The notes: generated by a model not told the origin, from the letters alone. Shown: positions 7,708 to 18,042, numbered from the stretch's first letter. The stretch is DNA of 64,000 bases from an uncultured Clostridia bacterium (GCA_944381155.1 CALWKA010000002.1:40939-104938), one strand, 5' to 3'. Numbers and translations are program-made.

Positions 7708-10332
7708 ATGAAAAATCAATTTGAACAATTAAATTCGGATCTAGACAATGGACTATCTCAAACTGAAGCAGAAAATCGACTGCTTCAATATGGCGAAAAT
7801 AAATTAAAAGAGAAAAAAAATAAAAGTCTTTTCGTTCGTTTTCTCGCGCAATTCAAAGACGCTATGATTATCATCCTGCTCATCGCCGCTGTCATATCCT
7901 TTGTGGTGTCTATTCAAAAAAATGAGCCGACCGAATTTATTGAACCAATACTCATCCTTTTAATCGTGGTAATCAATGCTATAATCGGACTTATTCAAGA
8001 AGTTAAAGCAGAAAAGGCTATTAAAGCTCTGCAAAACATATCTGCTCCACATTCAAAGGTGATTCGTGACGGGCAAGAACAAATTATAGATTCTTCAAAG
8101 GTCGTACCCGGCGATATCATCGTGTTGGAAGCGGGCGATTTTGTACCTGCGGACGCACGGTTAATCACTAGTGTCAACTTGAAGTGTGAAGAATCTGCTC
8201 TCACTGGTGAATCTGTCCCCGTTGAAAAAAATGCTAATGCTAAAGTCAAAGAAACTGCTACACTATCAGAAAAAGTAAATATGGTGTTTTCTGGATGCGC
8301 TATCACTTATGGCAGAGCCACCGCGATTGTCACCGCCACAGGTATGGATACAGAGTTAGGGAAAATTGCAAATTTATTGAACAATGAAAAAGAAACTAAA
8401 ACTCCTTTGCAAGAAAAGTTGGCAAAATTGGGCAAATATTTAGGTATTGTTGCCCTAGTTGCTTGTGCGGTGATATTTATCATTGGCGTTGTGGCTGATT
8501 TGGACATTTTAGATGTATTTATGACTTCCGTTTCGCTTGCCGTTTCTGCAATCCCGGAAGGCTTACCCGCAATCATCACAATCATACTTTCTATTGGCGT
8601 GCAACGAATGGTGAAAAAAAATGCAATTATCCGCAAGTTGCCCGCTGTGGAAACATTGGGAAGTGCTTCAATAATCTGTTCGGACAAGACAGGTACGCTC
8701 ACTCAAAATAAAATGACTTTAGTGAAAGTCTATTTAGATAATGGCGAAATCCAAGATTTCCCAAACGAAGAAGCAGACACGCTCAAACTAATAGAATACG
8801 CTTCGCTATGCTGTGATGCAAATGTTGTCAAAATTGATGACAAAGAATTGCAAATCGGTGACCCAACCGAAACTGCCATTATCTCCGCCTTGCAAAAATT
8901 GGGTAAATCAAAAGAAGAATTGAATACCCTCTACCCTCGCCTTGCAGAAATTCCTTTTGACTCAAATAGAAAATTGATGACGACAATTAATAAGATAAAC
9001 AATAAAAATATCGTTATTGTTAAAGGCGCAGTAGATATGCTAATGAAAAAATGCGTCAATGTAGACAAAAAACGAATTGAAAAAATAAATGCAGATATGA
9101 GCAAAAATGCACTTCGCGTGTTGGCGGTGGCTTATAAAAAAGTGGACAAATTTTCAAACAATCCAACTAGCGAAGAACTAGAATCGAACTTAACTTTCTT
9201 GGGGTTGATTGGTATGATTGACCCGCCAAGACCAGAAGCAAAACAAGCGGTAGACGAATGTAAAATTGCAGGAATAAAACCTATAATGATTACAGGCGAC
9301 CATATTATCACTGCCACCGCCATTGCAAAACAACTCGGAATATACGCGGACGGAGATGAAGCTATATTGGGCGCCGAATTGGATAAAATGTCCGATGAAG
9401 AATTTTCAAAAAGAGTAAAAAATATTTCAGTCTACGCACGAGTGACGCCTGAAAACAAAATTCGCATAGTAAAAGCCTGGCAAAAGCTTGGCAAAGTTGT
9501 TTCAATGACGGGAGATGGAGTGAACGATGCTCCCGCACTTAAAGCTGCGGACATTGGTTGTGCTATGGGAATCACCGGCACAGATGTTGCGAAAAGCGCG
9601 GCAGATATGACTTTGACGGATGACAATTTTGCTACAATTGTGGATGCAGTAAAAGAAGGACGCGGAATTTATGACAATATCAAAAAAGTTGTTGGCTTCC
9701 TTTTGGGCACAAATATTGGTGAGATAGTTGTCGTATTTTTGATGATGATAATTTGGAAAATCTCACCATTCATATCTATTCAATTATTGTGGATCAATCT
9801 CATCACAGACTCACTTCCTGCAATCGCGCTAGGAATGGAACCGCTTGAAAAAGATATAATGAAAAAAATGCCGAGATCAAAAAATGAAAGTTTATTTGCA
9901 AACGGTTTCGGAGTGCGAATCGTGCTTCAAGGAATTATGTTTGGACTTTTGACTATGGCAGGATTCTGGATAGGGAAAAATTTGGGTGGCTCAATTGAGG
10001 CGGGAAGGACTTGTGCTTTTATAGTGCTAGCATGCTCACAGATCGTCCATTCATACAACGCGCGTAGCGACAAATCATTGTTCAAAATAGGAGTCTTTTC
10101 AAACAAGAAATTGAACTATGTCAATCTCATATCATTAGCAACTCTCGCCTTTGTGGTGTTCACTCCCGGACTCGTAACTGCTTTCGGTATGTGCTACCTT
10201 CCATATTATTGCTATTTGATTGCAATTTCGCTTTCATTTGTGCCTATCATAATTATAGAATTGAGCAAAGCATTTGGACTCATCAAACACGCACAAGGAC
10301 CACACATCAAAAAGAATAAAATAAAAAAATAA
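7708..10332 (+). CDS. P-type (P2) calcium-translocating ATPase
   Basis: CSDKTGTLT phosphorylation site, TGDGVNDAPALK hinge, TGES motif, ten-TM layout. Confidence 0.9.
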   Translation: MKNQFEQLNSDLDNGLSQTEAENRLLQYGENKLKEKKNKSLFVRFLAQFKDAMIIILLIAAVISFVVSIQKNEPTEFIEPILILLIVVINAIIGLIQEVKAEKAIKALQNISAPHSKVIRDGQEQIIDSSKVVPGDIIVLEAGDFVPADARLITSVNLKCEESALTGESVPVEKNANAKVKETATLSEKVNMVFSGCAITYGRATAIVTATGMDTELGKIANLLNNEKETKTPLQEKLAKLGKYLGIVALVACAVIFIIGVVADLDILDVFMTSVSLAVSAIPEGLPAIITIILSIGVQRMVKKNAIIRKLPAVETLGSASIICSDKTGTLTQNKMTLVKVYLDNGEIQDFPNEEADTLKLIEYASLCCDANVVKIDDKELQIGDPTETAIISALQKLGKSKEELNTLYPRLAEIPFDSNRKLMTTINKINNKNIVIVKGAVDMLMKKCVNVDKKRIEKINADMSKNALRVLAVAYKKVDKFSNNPTSEELESNLTFLGLIGMIDPPRPEAKQAVDECKIAGIKPIMITGDHIITATAIAKQLGIYADGDEAILGAELDKMSDEEFSKRVKNISVYARVTPENKIRIVKAWQKLGKVVSMTGDGVNDAPALKAADIGCAMGITGTDVAKSAADMTLTDDNFATIVDAVKEGRGIYDNIKKVVGFLLGTNIGEIVVVFLMMIIWKISPFISIQLLWINLITDSLPAIALGMEPLEKDIMKKMPRSKNESLFANGFGVRIVLQGIMFGLLTMAGFWIGKNLGGSIEAGRTCAFIVLACSQIVHSYNARSDKSLFKIGVFSNKKLNYVNLISLATLAFVVFTPGLVTAFGMCYLPYYCYLIAISLSFVPIIIIELSKAFGLIKHAQGPHIKKNKIKK

Positions 10333-10412
10333 TTCGCTTCAATATTTAATTTAAAATTATTTTATAGTCTAAATAAAAAGAGAATTTTTAACTATTATTT
10401 TCAAAGCTATTA

Positions 10413-10449
10413 TAAAAGGAACTTTACTTTAATGTAGAGTTCTTTTTTT
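10413..10449 (+). terminator. Rho-independent terminator of the ATPase gene; member of a repeated hairpin family
   Basis: GAACTTTAC / GTAGAGTTC stem, TTTAAT loop, T7 run. The same arms recur at 23314-23380. Confidence 0.75.
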
Positions 10450-11032
10450 GCTAATCTAAAAATGTCAACTTTTGCTAGTTTAATTTATCTTAAAATAGTA
10501 AAGTTTTATACCTACAAATAAAAAAAACTTTCATCTGTTTAATTTAAAAATAATAAATTTTTATATTTATTTTATTAATTTACAAATAAAATACAAATAT
10601 TATATTTTTTAATAAATTTGTCTTGAATAAATACAAATTTATTAAAAATTCATAGTAAAAATGCATTTTATTAATTTAATAGTAAAATATTGTTCTTTAT
10701 TTATTAAAAATAACTAAATAAATTTATTTATTAATAATGTTATTTGAAAATGTATTTTAAAATCTATTTTAATATATTAAAAATACTTTTATTTATAAAA
10801 TTTCTATATTTTTTTAATTTATTTAATATTTTTATATGTTTTTTATTATTTTTTCATAATTTTTTTATTATTAAAAAATTTTAATCGTAACTAATAAAAA
10901 ATTTATAAATATATGATATCTTTAATTTTTATTTTGCATAATAAATATCTATTTAAAATACTTTTATTTTATAAGTTCAATTTTTTTTGTTTACAATGTA
11001 TTTTATTGGCAAATATTAGTTTGGAGGGAAAT

Positions 11033-12286
11033 ATGAATCCATTAGAACAAACAACAAAAGATATTGATAATTATTACATTAGCCTTGACTCTCTTTATCC
11101 TAAATCATACAAAAAATCTACCACTTCTCCCTATACTAAAACGCGCGTTATTTTGATGAATGGCACCGAATATGAAAGCGTGTGGTTCTTGCATCAATTT
11201 GCTAGACATTGTGACAACGATGAAATTAAAAATATGATCGCCGTAGTGCGATGTCAAGAACAACAACAGCAAAAGTTAATTGCCTGCCTAAAGCCATTGA
11301 ACGAGAGCATTCTAGAAACAACTATCGCATACGAACAATTGGCAATTGATTTGACAGCCACTCTTGCTCAAAATGACACGGACAAAGCCAACATTGATGC
11401 GCTCAACTTTGCCCTACTCGAAGATTTTGATCACTTGTATAGATTTAGCAACTTGATGATGCTGGATGTAAAAAATGCCGATCCAAAAAAATTGGTGGGC
11501 GGATTGACTGAAATCACACCAGGAAGACCAACCATTGCCCACCACAGATATCCAAAAGATAATGTTAAACGCGCAATGAATGCAAACAAATCAGATTTAT
11601 ATTCAAAATTGGTAGCGAGCATAATCACTGCCGCCGAACAGCAGACGATGAATTATTATATGAACATATCGCAATGGTACAAAAATGATTTAGGAAGAAA
11701 ATTGTATGCCGAAATCGGACTAGTGGAAGAAGAACATGTGACACAATACGAAAGTTTAAAAGACCCCACTTGCACTTGGCTAGAACAATGGGTGTTGCAC
11801 GAATACACGGAAGCATATCTATATTTTAGCGCATATAGTGAAGAAAAAGATCCGTATATCAAAAAAATTTGGTATGAATTCTACGAGATGGAATGTGCGC
11901 ATCTAAAAGTTGCCTGTGAACTATTGAAAAAATATGAAAAAACTCCATACTCAAAAGTGATAGCCACGGGCGAATTCCCAAAACTTTTGACGCTGGGCAC
12001 AAACAAAGAATATATTCGTGAAGTTTTGGAGCGAACGATTCTACTAACGGGTGATAGACAAAAATATATTGATGTGATGCGATTAAAACCAAATGCAGAT
12101 TTCTTCATTTATCAAAGTGAAATTATCAAAGATGAAGAAAAAATTCCTAGCCATTTGGTAATCAATACTGCTATCAAGAAATTTGGAAAAGACTATAGAT
12201 ACGAAGACAAATCTAATCCTGTGCCTGAACTAAAAAATAGGAAAAAAGACAACACCACAATAGCACGAAAAAATTCTCAAACTTAA
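11033..12286 (+). CDS. Ferritin-like (four-helix-bundle di-iron type) protein of unknown function
   Basis: GGAGGG Shine-Dalgarno before the ATG at 11033; the upstream part of the listed ORF is AT-rich junk. Spaced carboxylate/His motifs EYES, EDFDH, AEQQ, EEEH. Confidence 0.5.
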   Translation: MNPLEQTTKDIDNYYISLDSLYPKSYKKSTTSPYTKTRVILMNGTEYESVWFLHQFARHCDNDEIKNMIAVVRCQEQQQQKLIACLKPLNESILETTIAYEQLAIDLTATLAQNDTDKANIDALNFALLEDFDHLYRFSNLMMLDVKNADPKKLVGGLTEITPGRPTIAHHRYPKDNVKRAMNANKSDLYSKLVASIITAAEQQTMNYYMNISQWYKNDLGRKLYAEIGLVEEEHVTQYESLKDPTCTWLEQWVLHEYTEAYLYFSAYSEEKDPYIKKIWYEFYEMECAHLKVACELLKKYEKTPYSKVIATGEFPKLLTLGTNKEYIREVLERTILLTGDRQKYIDVMRLKPNADFFIYQSEIIKDEEKIPSHLVINTAIKKFGKDYRYEDKSNPVPELKNRKKDNTTIARKNSQT

Positions 12287-12659
12287 CTTTTCGTTAATGC
12301 TAATCTGATTCAACTTCTGAATTGATTTATCCTTTTTAAATAAATTTTACTTTTTGCTAATTTTAATAAAAATTTGATTGAGACACGCTTTAACACTAAT
12401 TTTAGTGAAAAATGAAGTGCACCGCATAAATATTAAACTTTTGAGATTCTCTTCAAAATTAATTTTCTATATTTTTTATATATATTTTTTATTTCAAAAA
12501 AATATTTTTTCATTATTTTTATTGATTTTATGCATTATTTTTAATATTTTTAAATTTCTTTTTGATTTTGATTTGATAATTAATTTTATTTATAAATAAT
12601 TTCAATGACGATTTTATCTCAAATAATAATAAAAATTTTAAATAAAATTCAAAATTGTT

Positions 12660-12687
12660 TTGAAAAGAATGAATTTTGATTTATAAT
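12660..12687 (+). promoter_or_regulatory. Sigma-A-type promoter of dus; its predicted +1 coincides with the ATG
   Basis: TTGAAA (12660-12665), 16-nt spacer, TATAAT (12682-12687), then 6 nt to ATG 12694. No Shine-Dalgarno. Confidence 0.5.
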
Positions 12688-12693
12688 CTAATT

Positions 12694-13608
12694 ATGAAAA
12701 TTGATTTTAACAAATTTATAATAGCTTTAGCTCCTATGGCAGGCGTCACCGATTTTGCATTCAGAAAAATTTGTGCCGATTTTGGTGCTGATATGGTCGT
12801 CAGCGAAATGATCAGTGTCAAAGCGCTTGAACACAACTCAAAGGCTTCAGAAAAAATGTTAAGAGAAGAATCAAAATCTATTCGCGCTGTTCAATTGTTT
12901 GGACACGACAAAGATAGTTTAATTAATGTGATATCATCCAATCTGCTAAAAAACTTTGATATTATTGATTTCAATTGTGGATGCCCCGCCCCAAAGATTG
13001 TCAAAAATAATGACGGATCTGCAATGATGAGAGATATTGAAAAAACTAAAGAGATTATTTCTGCGTTAGTAAGATTTAGCAACAAGCCTGTATCAGTAAA
13101 ATTTCGTTTAGGAATTGATGGCGTTGAAAATTATATTGAATTTGGAAAAATGTGCGAACAGGCAGGAGTCAGTTTTATCACTCTACACGCACGCACGCGC
13201 GAGCAAGGGTATTCAGGTTCGGTAGATAAAAATGCATATAAAAAATTGGTAGAAAGTGTAAAAATTCCTGTCTTTTGGAGCGGAGATATCAAAACAAAAG
13301 AAGATGTAGAATACGCAAAGTCAATTGGATGCGCGGGCGTTATGATTGGCAGAAACGCCATTGGCAATCCTGAAATTTTTTCAACATTGAAAGAAATCAA
13401 TCCTCCATATACAAAAAAAGATGTGGCAAAAACTCATCTAGAAATGTTGAAAACTTATTTCAAAACTGAACGAACTTTGGTAGCATATTTCAAAAAACAT
13501 TTAATGTGGTATGTAAAATCTACAAAAAATGTAACTTTATTGAAACAGCAAATACTTCAGTTTTCAACCCTTCAACAACTTGAATCTATAATTGAAAAAA
13601 TGGATTAA
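12694..13608 (+). CDS. dus: tRNA-dihydrouridine synthase
   Basis: LAPMAGVTD, VQLFG, FNCGCP and TLHARTR motifs of the Dus family. Confidence 0.85.
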   Translation: MKIDFNKFIIALAPMAGVTDFAFRKICADFGADMVVSEMISVKALEHNSKASEKMLREESKSIRAVQLFGHDKDSLINVISSNLLKNFDIIDFNCGCPAPKIVKNNDGSAMMRDIEKTKEIISALVRFSNKPVSVKFRLGIDGVENYIEFGKMCEQAGVSFITLHARTREQGYSGSVDKNAYKKLVESVKIPVFWSGDIKTKEDVEYAKSIGCAGVMIGRNAIGNPEIFSTLKEINPPYTKKDVAKTHLEMLKTYFKTERTLVAYFKKHLMWYVKSTKNVTLLKQQILQFSTLQQLESIIEKMD

Positions 13609-13821
13609 ACAAAATTTTAATATAATTTATTTTTAATTAAAAATGCAATAAATATCATAAACTTTATACAAATTCTATATGTTGAATAAAACAATAAACA
13701 ATTAAAAATGATGAGGGTATTACAAACGAATTAAGAGTCGTCACAAAAGACACTTATATTTATAAAGGAAAGGAATTGATTACTCTTATTCTTTAAACAA
13801 TATCAGTATGTACGGCAATTT

Positions 13822-14307
13822 ATGGCGAGCAACAACAAATGGCGAAATTATTTTATGTCCATTAATAACGATGGGACATATCAAAATCAATATTGTAAAG
13901 ACGGCACTAACTATATTTACCATGACGATGTTGCAAGCGAGATTACAACAGCTCAATACTCATTCAAAACAATGATAGATAATGCGTATGAAGAAATTTC
14001 AGTATTTACTGATTTAGCCACTATTATTACTAAACTTCCTTTTGTGAGTGCATCATTGACAGTTAATTTGGATGAGTATATCTTTAATATAGCCTTTGAC
14101 GCAAGTTCAATTGAAACAGTAAATGCAGACACATTATATCTACAATTAGAATTTGATATTAAAGGAAATTTCCAAGGTTATACACAGACTTATATTTTAG
14201 AAAATCAAATTGTAGGGCATGTAACATTCAACAATTATACAGAACAAATGCTTGTTCCACATTGGTTTGATATAAATGATTTTACAGATTTAATAAATGC
14301 AAGATAA
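13822..14307 (+). CDS. Hypothetical protein, probably cargo of a decayed integrated element
   Basis: 161-aa ORF followed by a terminator. No recognisable motif and no clear Shine-Dalgarno. Confidence 0.35.
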   Translation: MASNNKWRNYFMSINNDGTYQNQYCKDGTNYIYHDDVASEITTAQYSFKTMIDNAYEEISVFTDLATIITKLPFVSASLTVNLDEYIFNIAFDASSIETVNADTLYLQLEFDIKGNFQGYTQTYILENQIVGHVTFNNYTEQMLVPHWFDINDFTDLINAR

Positions 14308-14324
14308 AACACATTAAAAATAAG

Positions 14325-14358
14325 AAATCTCCGTTATAGTTTTATATGGAGATTTTTT
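14325..14358 (+). terminator. Rho-independent terminator
   Basis: AAATCTCC (14325-14332) pairs with GGAGATTT (14348-14355), followed by a T-run. Confidence 0.7.
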
Positions 14359-14360
14359 AT

Positions 14361-14474
14361 GTTGTATCAAAACTTGCTGGGCACGCTAATAGCGATATAA
14401 CGCTAAAAATTTACACACACTATTGTCAAGATATTGACAACTCAATAGATGTTATGGAAAAAATTTTTATATAA
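14361..14474 (+). pseudogene. 3'-terminal remnant of a tyrosine recombinase (phage-type integrase) gene
   Basis: Translates to VVSKLAGHANSDITLKIYTHYCQDIDNSIDVMEKIFI*. The LxGHxxxxxTxxxYxH box carries the catalytic Tyr. There is no upstream coding sequence or start codon. Confidence 0.6.
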
Positions 14475-14519
14475 AATGGCACCTACCATTGATAATTTTA
14501 AAGCCTATATAGGCTAAAT

Positions 14520-14595
14520 TGGTGACCCCGCCGGGACTCGAACCCAGAACAAAGCCTTAGGAGGGCTCCGTAATATCCAGTTTTACTACGAGATC
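14520..14595 (-). tRNA. tRNA-Arg (anticodon CCU)
   Basis: Manual cloverleaf: acceptor GATCTCG/CGGGGTC (two G-U pairs), anticodon stem-loop GAGCC-CTCCTAA-GGCTT, T-arm CTGGG-TTCGAGT-CCCGG, encoded CCA. Confidence 0.8.
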
Positions 14596-14672
14596 ATTAG
14601 ATTTTCATAGTATAGCACACTCTACATTAAAAATCAACTATCAAATATGAAATGTTAGGCAAAAATTTTTAC

Positions 14673-14745
14673 AAAAAATGCACTATAGTCTAGTATAGTT
14701 ACAATGGTTATCAAACTTTTATACTAGATATTATAGTGCATTTTA
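14673..14745 (-). terminator. Long-hairpin terminator downstream of ileS; bidirectional in shape
   Basis: ATGCACTATAGTCTAGTATAG (14678-14698) pairs imperfectly with TTATACTAGATATTATAGTGCAT (14719-14741). A/T runs on both sides. Confidence 0.7.
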
Positions 14746-14792
14746 TTTTGCTTTTTAAAATTCGCCTTATAAATTGATTTTTTTAAGTTTTA

Positions 14793-17700
14793 TTATTTTG
14801 CTCTTTTCATTTTGATTGTTATTTTCTCGTCTGCGATTTCGCACTCTTCTTCTATTTCAGGATCTGTCATTTTAACATAATCAAGAGCAAGGAGTTCAGC
14901 TTTGATTTTATCTCTAAATTTATTGATGATTTCGTTCAAATCTTTGCTATCAGTCTCAAAATCAATATAAATTCTATCTTCGACATTGAAATTGGCTTCT
15001 TTTCTCAATACTTGCGCTGTACGAATCAATTCGCGCGACAAGCCTTCTAGCATCAATTCTCTATCAATTGTAACATCAAGTACGACTGTCAAATTTTCAT
15101 CATTGGCAATCACAAATTCTTCTTTTGGCTTGGTAGAAATCGTGAATAATGAACTGTCCAGATTCGCAAATTCACCCACATTTACCTTCCCCGTCTTGAA
15201 TTCTGCCACCATTCGCACCATATCAGATTCGTTGGCTGATGCTAGAAGTTGTTTTACCTTTTGAACATCTCCTTTCAATACTGCACCTGCGCGTCTAAAA
15301 TCAAGCACTAAAAATTCTATGTTGAATTTTGAATTGTCGTGTTCTAATACAACATTTTTTATATTCAATTCAGATTCAATCATATCCTTATAGATTTCAA
15401 CCGCTTTTGCCACATCTTCGTTTCCATTAATGTACAAAGTTTTTAGCGGTTGTTTCACTTTGATTTGATTTTCATTTCGTAATTTGCTAGTGAGAGTAAA
15501 TATATTTCTAACTATATCAGTTTTATGCGTCAATCCTTCGCCCGCCACCGAAAATTCATTCATAACATATCCGTTCAAAGCCACACTTTCGCTAGCATTT
15601 TTGTCAAGCGCTCTGACCGCATTTTGCCATAAATATTCACTAATAAATGGAATTATAGCAAACATTGTCATACTGATATTTTTGATAGCATAATACAAAC
15701 AAAAATATGCATTCATAGTATCGTCATTATTTTCACTCTTGTAGAATCTGCGCCTATTATTTCTGATATACCAGTTGGTGAGCTCGTCAATTAAGACTTC
15801 AAAATCTTTTGCCACCGCACCGAAATTTTGATGAGAATATGCGTTATATGCATTATTTGTAAATTCGTTGACACGATTGATGAGCCATCTATCTATAAAA
15901 GGCAGATCTTTTTCATTTGGTTTATATCCTGTCAAATCAGGATTATCAATATACGCATAAGTATTCAAAAACACATAAGCATTCCATAACCCCAACAATT
16001 TTCTTTTCACTTCGTCACAAGTATCTCGCCCAAATTTAACATCATTGATCAATGGGGTATTTACAAAATTGTATCTTATTATATCCGCGCCAATCTCTTC
16101 AAAAGCAGTGTCTAATGGGATATTATTAGGACTAGATTTTGACAATTTTTTACCATCTTGCGCGAGCAACATTGGCGTAGTAGCTATCTTTTTATATGGT
16201 GCTTTGCCCGTAATGACAACACTCATAATCAGCAAAGAATAGAACCACAACCTAATTTGCTCTTTCCCTTCAATCACGCATTCTGCTGGGAAATTCTTTT
16301 CAAAAAATTTTTTGTCTGTAAAATATTTATTTGTGCTAAAAGGTGTGATGCCCGCATCCAGCCAAGCATCTCCCACTTCCTTGATCCTCTCCACTTTTTC
16401 CCCACAATGCGGGCAAGTGATTTTTACATTGTCAATATATGGTCTGTGCAAATGCGGAATTTTTTCCACTTCTTGCTTGCTTGACAAAGATTTCAATTCA
16501 TCCAATGAACCAACCACTGTCAATTCGCCACATTTTTTGCAAGGATAGAATGGAAGTGGGAGCCCATAATATCTGTTTCTACTTATCGACCAGTCTCCCA
16601 TATTATTTAGCCAGTCTAACATACGCTTTTTCATAAACTCTGGCTGAAATTCTACATTATCGATTGTTTTAATCAAATCAGGTCTAATATCATCCACTTT
16701 GATAACCCATTGACTGATCAACCTGTATACCAACGGGCGTTTACATCTATGGCAATGTGGGTATCTGTGCGTATATTTGTGAGTGTAATAAACCTTTCCG
16801 CGTTGTTTCAAAACATCAAATATGAAATCACGCGTTTCGTCATTATTTGCATCTTTTCCTGCCAACACGCCAAAATTTGAATAAAAATATCCAGCTTCAT
16901 CAATAGGAATAATATTTTTCAATCCTATAGATTTCCCCAAATCATAGTCGCTTTCACCACAACCTGGAGCAATGTGCACCGCACCCGATCCTTCGCTAGC
17001 GTCCACCATATCCCAAGCTACAATTTTGTGTTGAAATTGTTGTTCGTCCAATTCTGGAAAGCAAGTTTCATACGCAAGGCCTACCAATTCGCTACCCTTC
17101 ACCGTCTTAATGATATGATCGACATCATCTTTCAAAACTTTCATAAGATTTGACATAACAATCAGATTTCTATCGCTCGATTTGATTTTGACAATATTAT
17201 AATCAAATTCAGGATTGACCGCCACAGCAACATTTGCGCATAATGTCCACGGAGTAGTGGTCCAAACAAGGATATCTTCATTTGAATTTTTGATAGGACA
17301 TTTGAAAAATATAGCCTGACAAGTATCATCGCGATACACATCATCCCCCGACATATCATTTTCTGCAATGCTAGTGCCACAACGCGTACACCACGGAGTA
17401 GGACGATAAGACTGCTTGATCCAACCTTTTTCGTGACATTTTTTCAAAAAATACCAAATTGCAGTGATGTTTTCATCACTATTGGTATAATAACTATCTT
17501 CCCAATTCATCCACTGCCCGAGCCTAATGGAAGATTGAGTTTGAAGCGCGGAATATTTCTTTACAGATTCCATACACGCTTTGACAAACTTGTCAATTCC
17601 ATAGCGTTCAATATCCTTTTTGCTATCCAATCCCAAAGCTTCTTCCACTTTCTTTTCCACAGGCAATCCGTGTGCATCAAATCCGTTTTGATAATGCTGG

Positions 17701-17933
17701 TCACACCCGCGCATAGCTTCGAATTTGATCATCGCATCTTTGAATGTCCTGCCATAAGCGTGATGAAGCCCCATAGTATAATTAGCAGTGATTGGACCAT
17801 CCAATGTGGTAAAATATTTGCCTGTTTTCTTATTTTTTGATTTCATTTTGTTGAAAATATCATTGTCTTGCCAAAACTTCAATATTTCCTCTTCCATTTT
17901 CACATAGTTGAGATTTGCACTTTCTTTTTTCAT
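14793..17933 (-). CDS. ileS: Isoleucine--tRNA ligase (long, type-2-like form)
   Basis: HIGH-type GLHHAYG, KMSKS-type KLSKS, CP1 editing domain, GGGAGA Shine-Dalgarno before ATG 17933. Confidence 0.95.
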   Translation of the reverse strand: MKKESANLNYVKMEEEILKFWQDNDIFNKMKSKNKKTGKYFTTLDGPITANYTMGLHHAYGRTFKDAMIKFEAMRGCDQHYQNGFDAHGLPVEKKVEEALGLDSKKDIERYGIDKFVKACMESVKKYSALQTQSSIRLGQWMNWEDSYYTNSDENITAIWYFLKKCHEKGWIKQSYRPTPWCTRCGTSIAENDMSGDDVYRDDTCQAIFFKCPIKNSNEDILVWTTTPWTLCANVAVAVNPEFDYNIVKIKSSDRNLIVMSNLMKVLKDDVDHIIKTVKGSELVGLAYETCFPELDEQQFQHKIVAWDMVDASEGSGAVHIAPGCGESDYDLGKSIGLKNIIPIDEAGYFYSNFGVLAGKDANNDETRDFIFDVLKQRGKVYYTHKYTHRYPHCHRCKRPLVYRLISQWVIKVDDIRPDLIKTIDNVEFQPEFMKKRMLDWLNNMGDWSISRNRYYGLPLPFYPCKKCGELTVVGSLDELKSLSSKQEVEKIPHLHRPYIDNVKITCPHCGEKVERIKEVGDAWLDAGITPFSTNKYFTDKKFFEKNFPAECVIEGKEQIRLWFYSLLIMSVVITGKAPYKKIATTPMLLAQDGKKLSKSSPNNIPLDTAFEEIGADIIRYNFVNTPLINDVKFGRDTCDEVKRKLLGLWNAYVFLNTYAYIDNPDLTGYKPNEKDLPFIDRWLINRVNEFTNNAYNAYSHQNFGAVAKDFEVLIDELTNWYIRNNRRRFYKSENNDDTMNAYFCLYYAIKNISMTMFAIIPFISEYLWQNAVRALDKNASESVALNGYVMNEFSVAGEGLTHKTDIVRNIFTLTSKLRNENQIKVKQPLKTLYINGNEDVAKAVEIYKDMIESELNIKNVVLEHDNSKFNIEFLVLDFRRAGAVLKGDVQKVKQLLASANESDMVRMVAEFKTGKVNVGEFANLDSSLFTISTKPKEEFVIANDENLTVVLDVTIDRELMLEGLSRELIRTAQVLRKEANFNVEDRIYIDFETDSKDLNEIINKFRDKIKAELLALDYVKMTDPEIEEECEIADEKITIKMKRAK

Positions 17934-17991
17934 AATTTCTCCCAAATTTTAATGATTATATCAAATTGAATTTATAATTCAAAATGTTTTT

Positions 17992-18017
17992 AAAAAATGC
18001 CAGCGCTTGCTGACATT
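17992..18017 (-). terminator. Attenuator terminator in the ileS leader
   Basis: On the minus strand: UGUCAGC-AAGC-GCUGGCA followed by U6, about 60 nt upstream of the ileS start. Confidence 0.7.
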
Positions 18018-18042
18018 CCATTCAATTACAGCAAAACGCTCA

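Noticed and set aside
12378-12599. 73-aa ORF in the dus upstream spacer; also 22427-22645 and the 10913-11032 extension
   Set aside because: These are Phe/Ile/Leu/Lys-only translations of A+T-rich spacer DNA. They have no Shine-Dalgarno and are typical spurious frames.
14986-17840. Numerous 60-135-aa ORFs antisense to ileS; similarly within virB4, ftsH, mfd and the 757-aa gene
   Set aside because: They lie entirely inside well-supported long genes on the opposite strand or in other frames. They have no Shine-Dalgarno and low-complexity translations.
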